Shown: positions 49,727 through 60,502, counted from the first letter of the stretch. The stretch is 64,000 bases of DNA from Pseudomonadota bacterium (GCA_043821645.1 JBDRCO010000044.1:1-64000); one strand, 5' to 3'. The notes: generated by a model from the letters alone, not told the origin. Numbers and translations: made by a program.

Positions 49727-50503
49727 TCAGTTCAGCAGCACGGCCAGCACCAGCACCGCGGTCTGCGCCACCTCGACGCTGGCACCCAGCACATCGCCGG
49801 TGACGCCGCCGAGCACGCGCTCGGCCCAGCGCGCCATCGCCCAGCCCAGGCCGAGGCCTGCGGCCAGCAGCAGGATCCAGCCAAAAGGCCACGCCAGCAC
49901 CACGCCGGCCGCGAGGGCAGTCACCGACGCCATCCGCAGCCAGTCGCCCTGCACCTTGCCCACCAGCAGGCGGCCCAGGCTGTTCACGCCGGCCCAGTCC
50001 GGCGGCCGGCACACGAAGGCCACCACCACTGCGGCCAGTCTTCCGACGACGGGAGCGAGCACCACGGCGCCGAGGTGTCCGGCATGCAGCAGCGATCCCG
50101 CGGCCACGGCCTGCAGCGCCAGCACCAGAAACACCGCCACCGCGCCCATCACGCCGACCCGGCTGTCCTTGAGGATCTTGCCTGCGTCCTCGCCGCGCTT
50201 GCCCGAGAGCAGGCCGTCAAAGCTGTCGGCCAGGCCGTCGATGTGAAACGCGCCGGTGACCAGCGCCCAGGTGGCGATGGTGAGCAGCCCGGGCAGCAGG
50301 CTCTGCTCGGGGGCCAGCCACGACACCGCGCCGCCCACCAGCAGGCCGCACAGCCCGACCACCAGGCCCACCGCAGGATAGAACGCTGTCAGCGACGGGA
50401 TCTCCTCCTCGCTGGGAGCGCGCCCCAGCTTCACCGGCAGGCGCGTCAGGTACTGCAGCGCGGCGAGCGCTCGGAACGCCAGATCGGGCGGGGCTGTACT
50501 CAT
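49727..50503 (-). CDS. cobS: Cobamide synthase
   Basis: LTRLP, TGAFHIDGLADSFDG, KDSRVG, GGVTGDVLGA. Confidence 0.93.
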   Translation of the reverse strand: MSTAPPDLAFRALAALQYLTRLPVKLGRAPSEEEIPSLTAFYPAVGLVVGLCGLLVGGAVSWLAPEQSLLPGLLTIATWALVTGAFHIDGLADSFDGLLSGKRGEDAGKILKDSRVGVMGAVAVFLVLALQAVAAGSLLHAGHLGAVVLAPVVGRLAAVVVAFVCRPPDWAGVNSLGRLLVGKVQGDWLRMASVTALAAGVVLAWPFGWILLLAAGLGLGWAMARWAERVLGGVTGDVLGASVEVAQTAVLVLAVLLN

Positions 50504-50507
50504 GACC

Positions 50508-51572
50508 TCATCTCACGGCGCGGGTCACGCCCGCGGCCTCGAAGATCGCCATCTCGTTGAGGACCTTGACCCCGGCCTCGATCACGAACATGGCCAGGGC
50601 CGCGCCCGTGCCCTCGCCCAGGCGCAGGTCCAGGTCGAGCAGCGGTCTCAGGTCCAGGCGCTCGAGCATGACGGTATGCCCGACCTCGACCGAGCGGTGC
50701 GAGGCAAACATGTACTGGGCGCTTGCCGGGCACAGCGCGTGCGCCAGCAGGGCGCCGGCGGTCGAGATGAAGCCGTCGACGACCACGGGCAGCCTGTTCT
50801 TGGCCGCGCCCAGCACCAGCCCGGCCAGGCCCCCGATCTCGAGCCCGCCGACCTTGCTCAGCACGTCGATGGGGTCCCCGGGATCGGGCGCATTGACGTC
50901 GAGGGCGCGGCGCACCACGGCGATCTTGTGCGCCAGGGTGGCGTCGTCGACGCCGGTGCCGCGGCCGGTGACCTCGGCGGGATCGCGGCCACTGAGGCAG
51001 GCCACGATGGCGGCCGAGGGCGTCGAGTTGGCGATGCCCATTTCGCCTGTGCCCAGCAACTGCACCCGGCCCTCGCGCACCAGCGCGTCGACGATCTCGA
51101 TGCCCACCTCGATGCTGCGCTTGGCCAGCGCGCGGTCCATGGCCGGGCCGCGGGCGATGTTGGCGGTGCCCCGGGCCAGCTTGCGGTCGATGACGCCCGG
51201 AATGCCGGTCAGGTCGCCGTTGACGCCGAGGTCGACCACCATGAGCTCGGCTCCCGCGTGGCGGCCGAGCACGTTGATGCCGGCGCCACCCGCGGCGAAG
51301 TTCTTCATCATCTCGATGGTGACTTCGGGTGGCATGCGGCTGACGTTCTCCTCGACCACACCATGGTCGCCGCCCAGGGTCACCAGTACCTTGGTCGCCA
51401 CCGATGGCTGCCGCTGGCGGGTGATGGCCACCACGCGCCGCGCGCACTCCTCGAGCCGGCCCAGGCTCCCCGGCGGCTTGGTCTGGTTGTCCAGGCGTTG
51501 CTGGGCCCAGGCCATCAGCTCGGCGTCCACGGGCTCGATGCGATCCAGGGTTTCTTGCAGCAAGGATTTCAT
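50508..51572 (-). CDS. cobT: Nicotinate-nucleotide-dimethylbenzimidazole phosphoribosyltransferase
   Basis: [37 protein letters not shown]. Confidence 0.95.
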   Translation of the reverse strand: MKSLLQETLDRIEPVDAELMAWAQQRLDNQTKPPGSLGRLEECARRVVAITRQRQPSVATKVLVTLGGDHGVVEENVSRMPPEVTIEMMKNFAAGGAGINVLGRHAGAELMVVDLGVNGDLTGIPGVIDRKLARGTANIARGPAMDRALAKRSIEVGIEIVDALVREGRVQLLGTGEMGIANSTPSAAIVACLSGRDPAEVTGRGTGVDDATLAHKIAVVRRALDVNAPDPGDPIDVLSKVGGLEIGGLAGLVLGAAKNRLPVVVDGFISTAGALLAHALCPASAQYMFASHRSVEVGHTVMLERLDLRPLLDLDLRLGEGTGAALAMFVIEAGVKVLNEMAIFEAAGVTRAVR

Positions 51573-51597
51573 GGCGATCTTTCCAGGGGGCGTCGGC

Positions 51598-52140
51598 TCA
51601 CGCCTCGTTCAGGAGCGCTGGCTCGTGTCCCTTGAGCACCAGGGGCAGCCCGGACACCATGACGACCACGGCGTCGCAGCTCGCGGCCATCTTCTGGTTG
51701 AGCGAGCCCAGGGCGTCGCGGTAGCGCCGGCTCAGGGCGTCGCCGGGCACCAGGCCCAGGCCCACCTCGTTGCTCACCAGCAACACCGGCACCCGGCACG
51801 AGCGCAGGGCCGCGTCCAGGGCGTCGAAGCGGCGTGCCAGCTCGTCGTCGTCGAGCTCGGCGCACAGCAGGTTGCTGACCCACAGGGTCAGGCAGTCGAG
51901 CACCACCACGTCGTGCTGGGGGCCGTGGCGCAGCAGGGCCATGGCCGGCGCCATCGCTTCCTCCACCGTGGTCCAGCCCTCGCCGCGCTCGGCCTGGTGG
52001 CGAGCGATGCGGGCCTGCATCTCGTCGTCGCCGGGTTCGGCGGTGGCCACGAACAGGCGTCGCGGTCCCAGACGTTCAGCCACCTGCTGGGCGCGGGCGC
52101 TCTTGCCCGAGCGCGCGCCTCCCGTGTACAGGACCTTCAC
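51598..52140 (-). CDS. cobU: Adenosylcobinamide kinase / guanylyltransferase
   Basis: [27 protein letters not shown]. Confidence 0.95.
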   Translation of the reverse strand: MKVLYTGGARSGKSARAQQVAERLGPRRLFVATAEPGDDEMQARIARHQAERGEGWTTVEEAMAPAMALLRHGPQHDVVVLDCLTLWVSNLLCAELDDDELARRFDALDAALRSCRVPVLLVSNEVGLGLVPGDALSRRYRDALGSLNQKMAASCDAVVVMVSGLPLVLKGHEPALLNEA

Positions 52141-52946
52141 CCACCACCCCCGGATCCGGGCCAGCTCGTCGCGAGCGCCTTCAGGGACGACTCGAAAGCC
52201 TCGACGCCGAACACCTCCACCGTCACCACGCCCTGGTATGCGCGCTCCTGCAAGGTCTGCAGGATTCCCGCAAGGGGTGGAAAATGCTCAAGAGATCTGT
52301 GATCTCTGTCCGCCACGCCATGGATGTGGATGTGGTTCGTGCACTCCAGGTTGGCAGCCAGGATGGGCAGCGGATCCGCATGCGCATAGTGCACATGGCC
52401 GAGGTCCAGGCACAGGCTGCAGCCGCTGTGTTCTGCCAGGGCCCGGTTGCAGGCCACGTCGTAGGCCCACTGGTTTTCCACCGCCAGCCGGAGGGGGTCC
52501 ACCCCGGCCAGCTCGGCGATGCGAGCCAGGCCGCAACGCGCGCGTTCGACCCAGGTGTGCAGCGCGTCGCCTGCTTCTGGAGGCGCGGGCACGATGTGCA
52601 GCACGCCGGCCGACGGCGCCAGGGGCTCGATCAGCCGCAACATGGCGGCCACGGCCTGGGCCGAGCGCTCACAAGGGTCTCCGTCCAGGGCCACCAGGGT
52701 CGGCAGGTGCACGCTGTAGCTCAGGCCCGTGTCGCGGCCAATGGCAGCCATGCGTGCGATGGCGTCGGGGTCTGGCAGATCGCCCTCGGGTTCCAGCAGC
52801 AGGATCTGCACATCGTCGACCCGGTCCTGCAGCCACTCCACATTGGGCAGCAGGTGGTCGGGGAGCACGAAGGAGCTGGTGCCCAGGCGGAAGGAACGGC
52901 TCAGGGCGGGCAGGATGGGGCGGTGCGAGGGCATTTTTTTCAGCAT
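52137..52946 (-). CDS. cbiR: Cobamide remodeling phosphodiesterase (AP-endonuclease-2 TIM barrel)
   Basis: FRLGTSSF, VHLP, VEN, CLDLGH, HIHG...DH; first gene of the cobU-cobT-cobS operon. Confidence 0.8.
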   Translation of the reverse strand: MLKKMPSHRPILPALSRSFRLGTSSFVLPDHLLPNVEWLQDRVDDVQILLLEPEGDLPDPDAIARMAAIGRDTGLSYSVHLPTLVALDGDPCERSAQAVAAMLRLIEPLAPSAGVLHIVPAPPEAGDALHTWVERARCGLARIAELAGVDPLRLAVENQWAYDVACNRALAEHSGCSLCLDLGHVHYAHADPLPILAANLECTNHIHIHGVADRDHRSLEHFPPLAGILQTLQERAYQGVVTVEVFGVEAFESSLKALATSWPGSGGGG

Positions 52947-53071
52947 GTTCGCCGCTGTCGAGGCCTTCAGGATGTCATGGCGGCAACCCGAAGTCGCCAA
53001 AAAATCCGTTGACGAACTATCTTGTGGTGCCTATCTCAATGGCAGGACCGCTTGCTGCGCGGAGGTACACG

Positions 53072-53407
53072 ATGCCCATCTACGAATATCACTGTGATGG
53101 CTGCGGCCACGAGTTCGAAGAGATGCAGAAGGTGAACGATGCGCCGGTGACCCGCTGCGAGACCTGCGGCGGCGACAAGGTGGTGCGCCTGATCTCGCGC
53201 TCCAGCTTCCAGCTCAAGGGCGGGGGCTGGTACGCCGACCTGTACGGCTCGAGTTCCTCCAAGGGCAAGAACAGCCCGAGCAGCAGCACCGCCTCGACCC
53301 CAGCGTCGAGTTCGAGCACCACATCGACCAGCTCGACCAGTCCGTCGTCGTCGACGGCGTCGACCAGCAGCGCGTCGAGCACCCCGGCCGCTTCCAGCAA
53401 GAGCTAG
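53072..53407 (+). CDS. FmdB-family zinc ribbon protein with Ser/Thr-rich tail
   Basis: MPIYEY.C..CG, C..CG, FQLKGGGWY..Y; GGAGG RBS. Confidence 0.9.
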   Translation: MPIYEYHCDGCGHEFEEMQKVNDAPVTRCETCGGDKVVRLISRSSFQLKGGGWYADLYGSSSSKGKNSPSSSTASTPASSSSTTSTSSTSPSSSTASTSSASSTPAASSKS

Positions 53408-53633
53408 CCCCTCACCTTCGTCTCTCGCCCCGGCGTCGTCCAGCCGCCTGGCCCTGTCGGCCCGATTTTTCGGTGGCAGCGTGCCACCGCATGCCTGCTG
53501 CTGCGGGCTGGTGGGCCAAATTGCGTTGCATGCCAGCCATCTGTCTGCGACTTTTGCCCAAGCTTTTCGTCGAGCAAGAGACCCAGATGTAGGACCAAGG
53601 CATGGTCCGCAGAGATCCTGGGAAGGACGCCTC

Positions 53634-55616
53634 ATGACAAGCCGAATTGCGGGTTGTGACGCACACCTCAACGAGGCGGGGCCCGGGCCCATCCACCTCG
53701 GGACGCTCACGCTCGCCGGCCTGCTCCTCCTTGCGCTCCTTGGCTGTCCCGGTGCGGTGCGCGCCCCGGGTGAGCAGATCTGTGCACCTGGCCAGAAGGC
53801 TTGCGAGGACGGCGTGCTGCTGTCCTGCAGTGCCGACGGTACCCAGATCGAGCACCGCACGGACTGCGCGCCGGGTATCTGCCGCAACGCGGCCTGCGTG
53901 ACGCTCGATGGCGGCACCAGCGACGCCAGTGCCGGTGACGGCTGGGTCCCGTGTGGCCAGAGCTCGTGCAGCGGCTTCACCTATTGCGACGACGTCAGCG
54001 ACGAGTGCCTTCCCGGCTGTGCCGGCGACGGGCAGTGCCAGGCCCACGAGCGCTGCGAGCAGCAGAGCCACAGCTGCGTGTGCCAGACCGGCTTTCATCG
54101 CTGCGGCCAGGCCTGCGTGAGCGATGGCGAACCGGCCACCTGTGGCTCGAGTTGCGCCCCCTGCCCGGGTCTGCTCAACGGCCATGCCACCTGTGACCTC
54201 GGCGCCTGCGGTCTTGCCTGCGACGCCAACTTTCACTTCTGCGGCGAGGTCTGCGCGTCGAACAGCGACCTCGCGACCTGTGGCCAGCGCTGCGAGGTCT
54301 GCCCCGACGACGCGCACGGCGTCGCCATCTGCCAGGACCAGAGCTGTGCCGCCACCTGCCATATCGGGTATCACTGGTGCACGGGGGGCTGCGCCCTCGA
54401 CCGCGACGTGGCGAGTTGTGGCCAGCGCTGCGAGCCCTGCCCCGACGACGCCAACGGCGTCGCCAGCTGCACCGACGGCCAGTGCGGCCTGGCCTGCAAC
54501 GCGGGCTATCTGGCCTGCGGTCAGGGCTGCGCCCCGTGTCCTGACATCGCCAACTCCATCGGTGCCTGCGCGGCCAGCAGCTGCGTCTTCGCGGGCTGCG
54601 TGACGGGCTACCGCGTGTGCGGTCAAGCCTGCTGCCCGTTCACCGTGACCCAGGTGGCCGCGGCGTCGCTCATGGGGGACAGCGACGTGGCCGTGGATGG
54701 CGCGGGCACGGCACACCTGGTCTGGCATACCTACCCCAGTGGTGGCCTCCATTATCAGGCGGGTCTTACTGGAACACCGGAAGACATCGAACCCGGCGAT
54801 GGGGAGGGGCAGTACCTCGCCCTGGCCCTGGACAGCAGCGAGCGCCCCGTCGTGGCGTACTATCATGAAGTCGACAAGCAGTTGAAGTTCGCGACCCGGG
54901 AGAGCACAGGCTGGACCGTCGAGGTGGTCGATGCCGACGGCGATGTGGGCTCGTATGTGTCGCTCGACCTCGACAGTGGAGGCCAGCCGCACATCGCCTA
55001 CTACGACAGCGATGGCAAGAATCTCAAGTACGCGGCGCACAGTGCCCAGGGCTGGAGCGTACAGTTTGTCGATCTGGCTACCGACGTCGGGATCTATGCG
55101 GCACTGCGCCTGGATGCCGCGGACCATGCCCACATCGCCTACTGGGATCAGAACCGGTCGGTGCTGCGGTACGCGCGCTGGACGGGGACGACCTGGCTGT
55201 TCGAGGACGTCGATTCCGGCCTGTACACGGCCCCCCTGATCGACCTGGCCCTCGACCCGGCCGGGAACCCCCACATCAGCTACGTCAAGCCATCCACCCT
55301 TCGCCACGCAGCCTTCAACGGCACGAGCTGGCAGTTCGAGGAGCTGTTCCCGGGGGTGGTGACCTCGAAAACCTCGATCGAGATCGACGCCGGTGGTCTG
55401 ATCCATGTGCTCTATGTCAACCGGGGCGATGCGCAGCAGACCTACGACCTGAACTATCTCCTGCTATCCGGGGGGCGGTGGTACCGCACGATCGTGGCGG
55501 AAGACCTTGGTTTTCTGGGCGGCCGGCATAGCCTGTCCCTGGACGCCACGGGCAATCCGCACATCACCTACATGGACTACAACGCCAGCCCCGATAGCAT
55601 CCACTACGCCCACTGA
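53634..55616 (+). CDS. Cys-rich repeat lipoprotein with C-terminal beta-propeller-like domain
   Basis: LLGC lipobox; CG..C..CP repeats; repeated LALDS.G.PHIAY blades. Confidence 0.8.
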   Translation: MTSRIAGCDAHLNEAGPGPIHLGTLTLAGLLLLALLGCPGAVRAPGEQICAPGQKACEDGVLLSCSADGTQIEHRTDCAPGICRNAACVTLDGGTSDASAGDGWVPCGQSSCSGFTYCDDVSDECLPGCAGDGQCQAHERCEQQSHSCVCQTGFHRCGQACVSDGEPATCGSSCAPCPGLLNGHATCDLGACGLACDANFHFCGEVCASNSDLATCGQRCEVCPDDAHGVAICQDQSCAATCHIGYHWCTGGCALDRDVASCGQRCEPCPDDANGVASCTDGQCGLACNAGYLACGQGCAPCPDIANSIGACAASSCVFAGCVTGYRVCGQACCPFTVTQVAAASLMGDSDVAVDGAGTAHLVWHTYPSGGLHYQAGLTGTPEDIEPGDGEGQYLALALDSSERPVVAYYHEVDKQLKFATRESTGWTVEVVDADGDVGSYVSLDLDSGGQPHIAYYDSDGKNLKYAAHSAQGWSVQFVDLATDVGIYAALRLDAADHAHIAYWDQNRSVLRYARWTGTTWLFEDVDSGLYTAPLIDLALDPAGNPHISYVKPSTLRHAAFNGTSWQFEELFPGVVTSKTSIEIDAGGLIHVLYVNRGDAQQTYDLNYLLLSGGRWYRTIVAEDLGFLGGRHSLSLDATGNPHITYMDYNASPDSIHYAH

Positions 55617-55759
55617 CCGGCCCCGCAGGGTGCAGCGCGACCATCGAGGTCAGCGCAGCCCGGTGCCAGCTGTCATGAGCCGGGACTGCCCGATGGAGCT
55701 GGGGGCAAAGGATGCTGTGCCTCGCCAGCGCTTGCGGCCGAAACCTTGCGAGGAGGCGA

Positions 55760-57046
55760 CTACTTCTCGTCGTCCGCCCCGTCCTCGTCCCCGTCCTCGG
55801 TCGTTGGTGTTGCGCCGGGCTTGGCCTCGAAGGTCTTCTTCCACCACGACGCCGCCTCGCCCGCGGCGTTCTTGAGCACGTCGCCGGCGTTCTTGACCGC
55901 GCCGCTGGCCGCCTGTGAGGCCTCGGCGAAGAAGTCGTCGACGCTGGCCGGTCCGTCGCTGCTCGCCTCCTCGTCATCGGTCGAGGTGCCGCCGCGCGGG
56001 TCCACGCCGCAGTGCGGACACACCATGGCGGTCTTCAGCACCGGCTTGTGGCAGGACGCGCAGGGGGCGCTGTCCTCGTCGCTGCGCCGGCGATACTCGC
56101 CGTCCAGGATCTCCAGGTAGTTGCCCGAGCTGACCCAGTCCACGATCTCCTTGGCGCGGTAGACCGGGAAGGGATGCGAGCGGAACATCTCCTGCACCAG
56201 CATCAGGGCCCGCGCCCAGCCGCTGTCGGCGCTCATCTTGTCCAGGCGATCGGCCTGCTGCAAGAAGGCCTCGAAGTTGAGCTGCTCGAGCAGCGAGGGC
56301 GCACCGCCGGCGATCTTCATCAGCAGGTGCAGCACCACCTCGGGCCGTCGCACCGCCAGCAGCGCCGCGCGGTCCGCGGTGAGCTCGGCGCAGCGGTCCC
56401 ACCACATCAGGCCGAGCTGCAGCGGCAGGGCGATGAGCCCGCCCAGACCGAAGCTCACCGCCGCCAGGCGCGAGGCCAGGGCCGAGATGAAGCGCGCCGC
56501 GGTCTTGTACAGCATGTGGTCCGAGTGAATGTGCCCCAGCTCGTGGGCGAACAGGGCGATCTGCTCCTCGGCATCGAGCAGCTCCAGCGCGCCCGTCGTC
56601 ACCGTCACGAAGTACTGCTCCACGCCATAGGTCGAGGCGTTGGGGAAGGGGTTCTGCACCACGTACAGCTCGGGCAGCGGCGTGATGCCCAGGCGCGCCG
56701 CCGCGTCCTCGAAGCGGGCGTAGATCTCGGGCATCTGCTGCGCGCTGACCTGCACCGTGTTGGCGGCCTGGCTCAGGCGCAAATTCAGCTCGAGGGTCCA
56801 GCGGATCACGCGGCGCAGCAGCGTGCGAATGCCCGGGATCTTCTGCAATGCCTCCAGCGCGTCCTTGTCCAGGGGATGCTGGTAGGCGCTGGGGGCGATG
56901 TCGCCCAGGCTGCTGTCCAGCGAGCGGAACAGTGGCTCGCCGCACTTGCCGCAGCGCGGAGAGCGGCTCAGGCGCAGCAGCTTGGCTGTCTGCAGCCGGT
57001 TGGGGGCCTCGCAGGAACCGCAGTTGAACTCGACCAGTTCGATCAT
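55760..57046 (-). CDS. M48 metallopeptidase with N- and C-terminal zinc ribbons
   Basis: C..C...NR...C..C; YQHPLD, HELGH, ELTADR, SHPF..R; C..C...CPHCG. Confidence 0.88.
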   Translation of the reverse strand: MIELVEFNCGSCEAPNRLQTAKLLRLSRSPRCGKCGEPLFRSLDSSLGDIAPSAYQHPLDKDALEALQKIPGIRTLLRRVIRWTLELNLRLSQAANTVQVSAQQMPEIYARFEDAAARLGITPLPELYVVQNPFPNASTYGVEQYFVTVTTGALELLDAEEQIALFAHELGHIHSDHMLYKTAARFISALASRLAAVSFGLGGLIALPLQLGLMWWDRCAELTADRAALLAVRRPEVVLHLLMKIAGGAPSLLEQLNFEAFLQQADRLDKMSADSGWARALMLVQEMFRSHPFPVYRAKEIVDWVSSGNYLEILDGEYRRRSDEDSAPCASCHKPVLKTAMVCPHCGVDPRGGTSTDDEEASSDGPASVDDFFAEASQAASGAVKNAGDVLKNAAGEAASWWKKTFEAKPGATPTTEDGDEDGADDEK

Positions 57047-59358
57047 CGGGATGCTCCCTGCGCCGGTGCTCGGCGCGTACCTCGTCGTCGATACAGGGTC
57101 AGCGTCAGCAGGACCACCACCCCGAGCCCGGCCGGACCTGCGGCGAGGGTGGTGCAGCCACAGGTGTCGATGGGGCCCACCGAGGAGGGTGGGGGCTGGC
57201 GGCCATGAAAGGCCACGGTGGCCAGGTAGACCAGGGCGCCGGCGGGCAAGAAGGGGGTGGCCACCTGTGGCTGCAGGCGGTCGGGCTGGCCATCGCCGTC
57301 GTCATCCACGCGCCGCAGCAGGCCACCGTACTGGGCGCTGCGCGGGTCCGCGAGCGCGATCAGCTGCTCGAGCAAGGGAGCCAGGCGCAGGCGCCGGGCC
57401 TTGTCGTCGCGGCACAGCTCCGCCAGGATCCAGACCCGCAGCGGCAGGTCCTGCACCGTGGCCTGCTGCAGGGCCAGCTCCGACTCGACCTCGAGCAGCA
57501 GGGCATCCACCGCGGCGTCGTGCACGGCCCCCGCTTCGAGCAGCCGGCCGAGGTACAGGGCCAGAGCGCGCTCGACGGGGCTGCCCTGCAGGATGCCCGC
57601 GGCGTCGACGAAGTGCTGCCGGGCTGCCAGCCGCAGGCTGCGGGCGCTCTCGCGATAGCGTTCCACCCGCGCATCCTGCGCGTCGCGCCAGGACAGCGCG
57701 GTGGCGATCTGCTCCAGGGCGGCCACGCTCAGCGCTGCGGCGCGCACGCTCTGCCTGGCCACCGCGTCCTCATCCTCGACCGCCGCGCAGGTCAGGCCGG
57801 TCGCCGCGTCGCGGCAGCCGTCGAGGTCATCTCCTGCCAGCAGCAAGGAGGTGGCCACGCGCTCCAGGTAGCTCCTGGCCTCGTCGTCATGGCGGGCATC
57901 CCGCAGTACCTGGACGTGGCGGGCCATGGACCACGCCGCCAGGGCCGAGGCGTCGATGGCGGAGGGCAATCCCGCCGCAGGCTCACCCAGGCTGTCGTGG
58001 CAGGTCCACCAGCGACCCGAGGCCGCGCTGCTCCCCGCACGCTGCTGGGCCTGCGCGAGAAACACTCCGTGCGCGCTGGCCTGGCCATACAGCCCCGCCT
58101 GATCCAGCGCCTCGCGCATCCACGCGCTGTAGGCCGGGCAGTCCAGGGCCAGTGGAGGTTGCCCGGCCAGGGCCGCCACCAGGGCTCCACTGCCTGCGCT
58201 CTGGGCCGTGGCCACGGCGCGGATGGCGCGGCGGGCCACCTGGCGCACCGCCAGGTCCTGGGTATCGGGCATGGCCATGGCGCGGTCCAGCTCGCCGTCG
58301 GTGCGCAGGGCCTGCTCGCTGTAAGTCGCGAACCCGTACAGGCGCGCGTTCTCGATCAGGGCCAGCGCCTCGCCGGCCAGGCTGCCCGCCGCCACGAACA
58401 CGGTCACCACGGAGGAGGAGGTCGGCCAGCTCCAGAGCAAGGCACCGCTGGCGGATCCGAGGACCGCAGGCTGCCCCGTGAGCGTGCCGTCGGCGGCATC
58501 GAGATAGGCGTCGCGCGGCCGCGCCAGATCTGTCGGATCCACGCGTCCGACCTGGTGCGCCAGGCTGGGCAGATCCGCGCCCAGGGCCAGGTAGGTGCCT
58601 TCCCGGGGCTCCTGGATCAGCTCCTGAAGCAGCGCGTCGGCCGCGGCCTGCCCGGCAGCGTCGGTGCCAATCGCCGCCATGGCGGGGGCCCACAGCTGGC
58701 CCAGCGCCTCGCTGTCGCGCGGCCTGAAGTGCAGCAGGGCGTCCGCCTGCGCGCTGTAAAGAAGAGCAAAATCATTAGGATGGTCGCTTCCCTGGGCGTC
58801 GTAGAGCCAGTCCGCCACCGGTTGTCCCGGGATGTGCTGATCGCAGGGAGCCAGGTTCTCGTACAGCACTAGGCCGGCGGGGATGCGGCGGGCGCCCTCG
58901 GTCTGCAGCTCGAGTTGCAGCAGCAGCAGGGGCCGGTCCGGGGCCAGCCAGTACTCCTCGATCAGGACCAGGGCATCGTCGTCGAGGCGATACTCGACGC
59001 GCACCACCCGCGAGGTATCCGACAGGTAGCTGACCTCGCTTGACCAGCCCTCACCCTGGTGCGGCCACTCGACCCAGGCCTGCCCGTCCTGCTCGAAGCG
59101 CAGACCCACGAACAGCCCCATGTCAGGTTGCGCGCCCGCGCGGGGCAGGGCGGGGAGGCCATCGGCGGGGGGCGGCCGGGTCACATAATGCAGCTGATCA
59201 AAGCGCCCGGTGCTGGGCCAGCGCAGGGCCGTGACGTCGCCCCGCTCGCTCACCGTGAGCGCCATCTGGCCATTGGCCAGGGCGGCCAGGCTGTCGGTGG
59301 CGCCAAAGCGGGCCTCGACGCTCTCCAGCGCCAGTCCACACAACAGGGCACAGGTCAT
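57043..59358 (-). CDS. GH15/glucodextranase-like exported protein with MYXO-CTERM-like tail
   Basis: ANG.M...G....LRWPS N-domain, SGALVA, helical barrel; CGC-TM-RRR tail. Confidence 0.6.
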   Translation of the reverse strand: MTCALLCGLALESVEARFGATDSLAALANGQMALTVSERGDVTALRWPSTGRFDQLHYVTRPPPADGLPALPRAGAQPDMGLFVGLRFEQDGQAWVEWPHQGEGWSSEVSYLSDTSRVVRVEYRLDDDALVLIEEYWLAPDRPLLLLQLELQTEGARRIPAGLVLYENLAPCDQHIPGQPVADWLYDAQGSDHPNDFALLYSAQADALLHFRPRDSEALGQLWAPAMAAIGTDAAGQAAADALLQELIQEPREGTYLALGADLPSLAHQVGRVDPTDLARPRDAYLDAADGTLTGQPAVLGSASGALLWSWPTSSSVVTVFVAAGSLAGEALALIENARLYGFATYSEQALRTDGELDRAMAMPDTQDLAVRQVARRAIRAVATAQSAGSGALVAALAGQPPLALDCPAYSAWMREALDQAGLYGQASAHGVFLAQAQQRAGSSAASGRWWTCHDSLGEPAAGLPSAIDASALAAWSMARHVQVLRDARHDDEARSYLERVATSLLLAGDDLDGCRDAATGLTCAAVEDEDAVARQSVRAAALSVAALEQIATALSWRDAQDARVERYRESARSLRLAARQHFVDAAGILQGSPVERALALYLGRLLEAGAVHDAAVDALLLEVESELALQQATVQDLPLRVWILAELCRDDKARRLRLAPLLEQLIALADPRSAQYGGLLRRVDDDGDGQPDRLQPQVATPFLPAGALVYLATVAFHGRQPPPSSVGPIDTCGCTTLAAGPAGLGVVVLLTLTLYRRRGTRRAPAQGASR

Positions 59359-59567
59359 GGTGAGCGGGCCAACCACGGCCGCAGCATGGCAAAGGCTGGA
59401 CCCTGGCCGCAAGCGGCGCGCCCGCGAGGTCCGCAGCGCAGCTCGGGCGGGAGCCGGCGCCGTGCTTGCCCGGGCCACGCATCGACGAGGACAGGACCGT
59501 GACGGGGGAGTCTTGACACCTCCAGGTGCAGGCCATAGTCAAGCAGGGCACTGACCAGAGGACGACC

Positions 59568-60104
59568 ATGACGACGAAGAACCTGTCCGTTGCCTGTCTG
59601 CTTGTCTGTCTCGGCGCGACCGCCTGTCCGGACCAGCATCCGGCGGCACCGGAAGCGGTCAAGGGCCAGGAGGTCAACTGGGGTGAGAACTTCGCTGCGG
59701 CCGATCAGCAGCCCAAGGCCGCAGCCGAGGCCATGCACGCCGAGGGCGGGGCCATGGCCCCCACCATGACCTGGGAGGGTGGAGAGGCCAGCCGCGGCCG
59801 CGTCCTGTTTGCCGACAAGTGCGCGCGCTGCCATGGCAAGGGGGATCCCTCCACGCTCGCGGACGGCAACCCCGTGCCCTCGCTCAGGCCGGCGGCGCTC
59901 GAGTCCAAGACCGAGCGCGACCTGGCGCGCCACATCGCCCACGGCCATGGCGCCATGCCGGCCTTTGTCGGCGAGCTCAACCGCGAGCAGCTGCTGGATC
60001 TGATCTCGGCCCTGCGCAACGACGTTGGCGGCACCGGGCCCGCTCCCGTGGTGATGCCCGAGCCCGCCACGGCCCCTGCCTCGGCGCCTGCCGCCGCACC
60101 GTGA
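59568..60104 (+). CDS. c-type cytochrome lipoprotein
   Basis: ATAC lipobox, CARCH, MPAF. Confidence 0.88.
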   Translation: MTTKNLSVACLLVCLGATACPDQHPAAPEAVKGQEVNWGENFAAADQQPKAAAEAMHAEGGAMAPTMTWEGGEASRGRVLFADKCARCHGKGDPSTLADGNPVPSLRPAALESKTERDLARHIAHGHGAMPAFVGELNREQLLDLISALRNDVGGTGPAPVVMPEPATAPASAPAAAP

Positions 60105-60109
60105 ACCCC

Positions 60110-60502
60110 ATGGACCGCATCTACGTCGAGGGCATCACCTTCGTGGGCCACCACGGCGTGTCGCGCAGCGAGCGCGCCGAGGGGCATCAGATGTGGGTCG
60201 ACGTCGTGGCCTGCCTGGACACCCGGGCTGCAGCCGCTGGCGACCGCCTGTCGCGGACCGTGGATCACGTGGACCTCGCCCGCATCGCCCACGAGCTGGG
60301 CACCAGCTCCAGCTTCAAGCTGCTGGAGACCCTGGCCGATCGCATCGCCAGCGCCGTCCTCGAGGCGACCGGCGCCCACAGCGTCGAGGTGAGGGTACGC
60401 AAGCAGAGGCCCATCCTGCCCGGGCTGCCCTCGGCCACTGGCGTCACCATTGCCCGCGGACGCGACGGCGCCATGCTGGAACCCGGGGCGCTTCGCCCCT
60501 GA
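60110..60502 (+). CDS. folB: Dihydroneopterin aldolase
   Basis: MDRI, HGV..ER, TVD, LLETLA, V.K. Confidence 0.9.
   Translation: MDRIYVEGITFVGHHGVSRSERAEGHQMWVDVVACLDTRAAAAGDRLSRTVDHVDLARIAHELGTSSSFKLLETLADRIASAVLEATGAHSVEVRVRKQRPILPGLPSATGVTIARGRDGAMLEPGALRP

Noticed and set aside
52947-53071. Cobalamin riboswitch
   Set aside because: The region is too short and has no recognisable B12-box
53280-53400. Non-coding repeat
   Set aside because: It is the Ser/Thr low-complexity tail of the FmdB-like protein
59513-59541. sigma70 promoter for the cytochrome c gene
   Set aside because: TTGACA is present but there is no good -10 at 16-18 bp spacing
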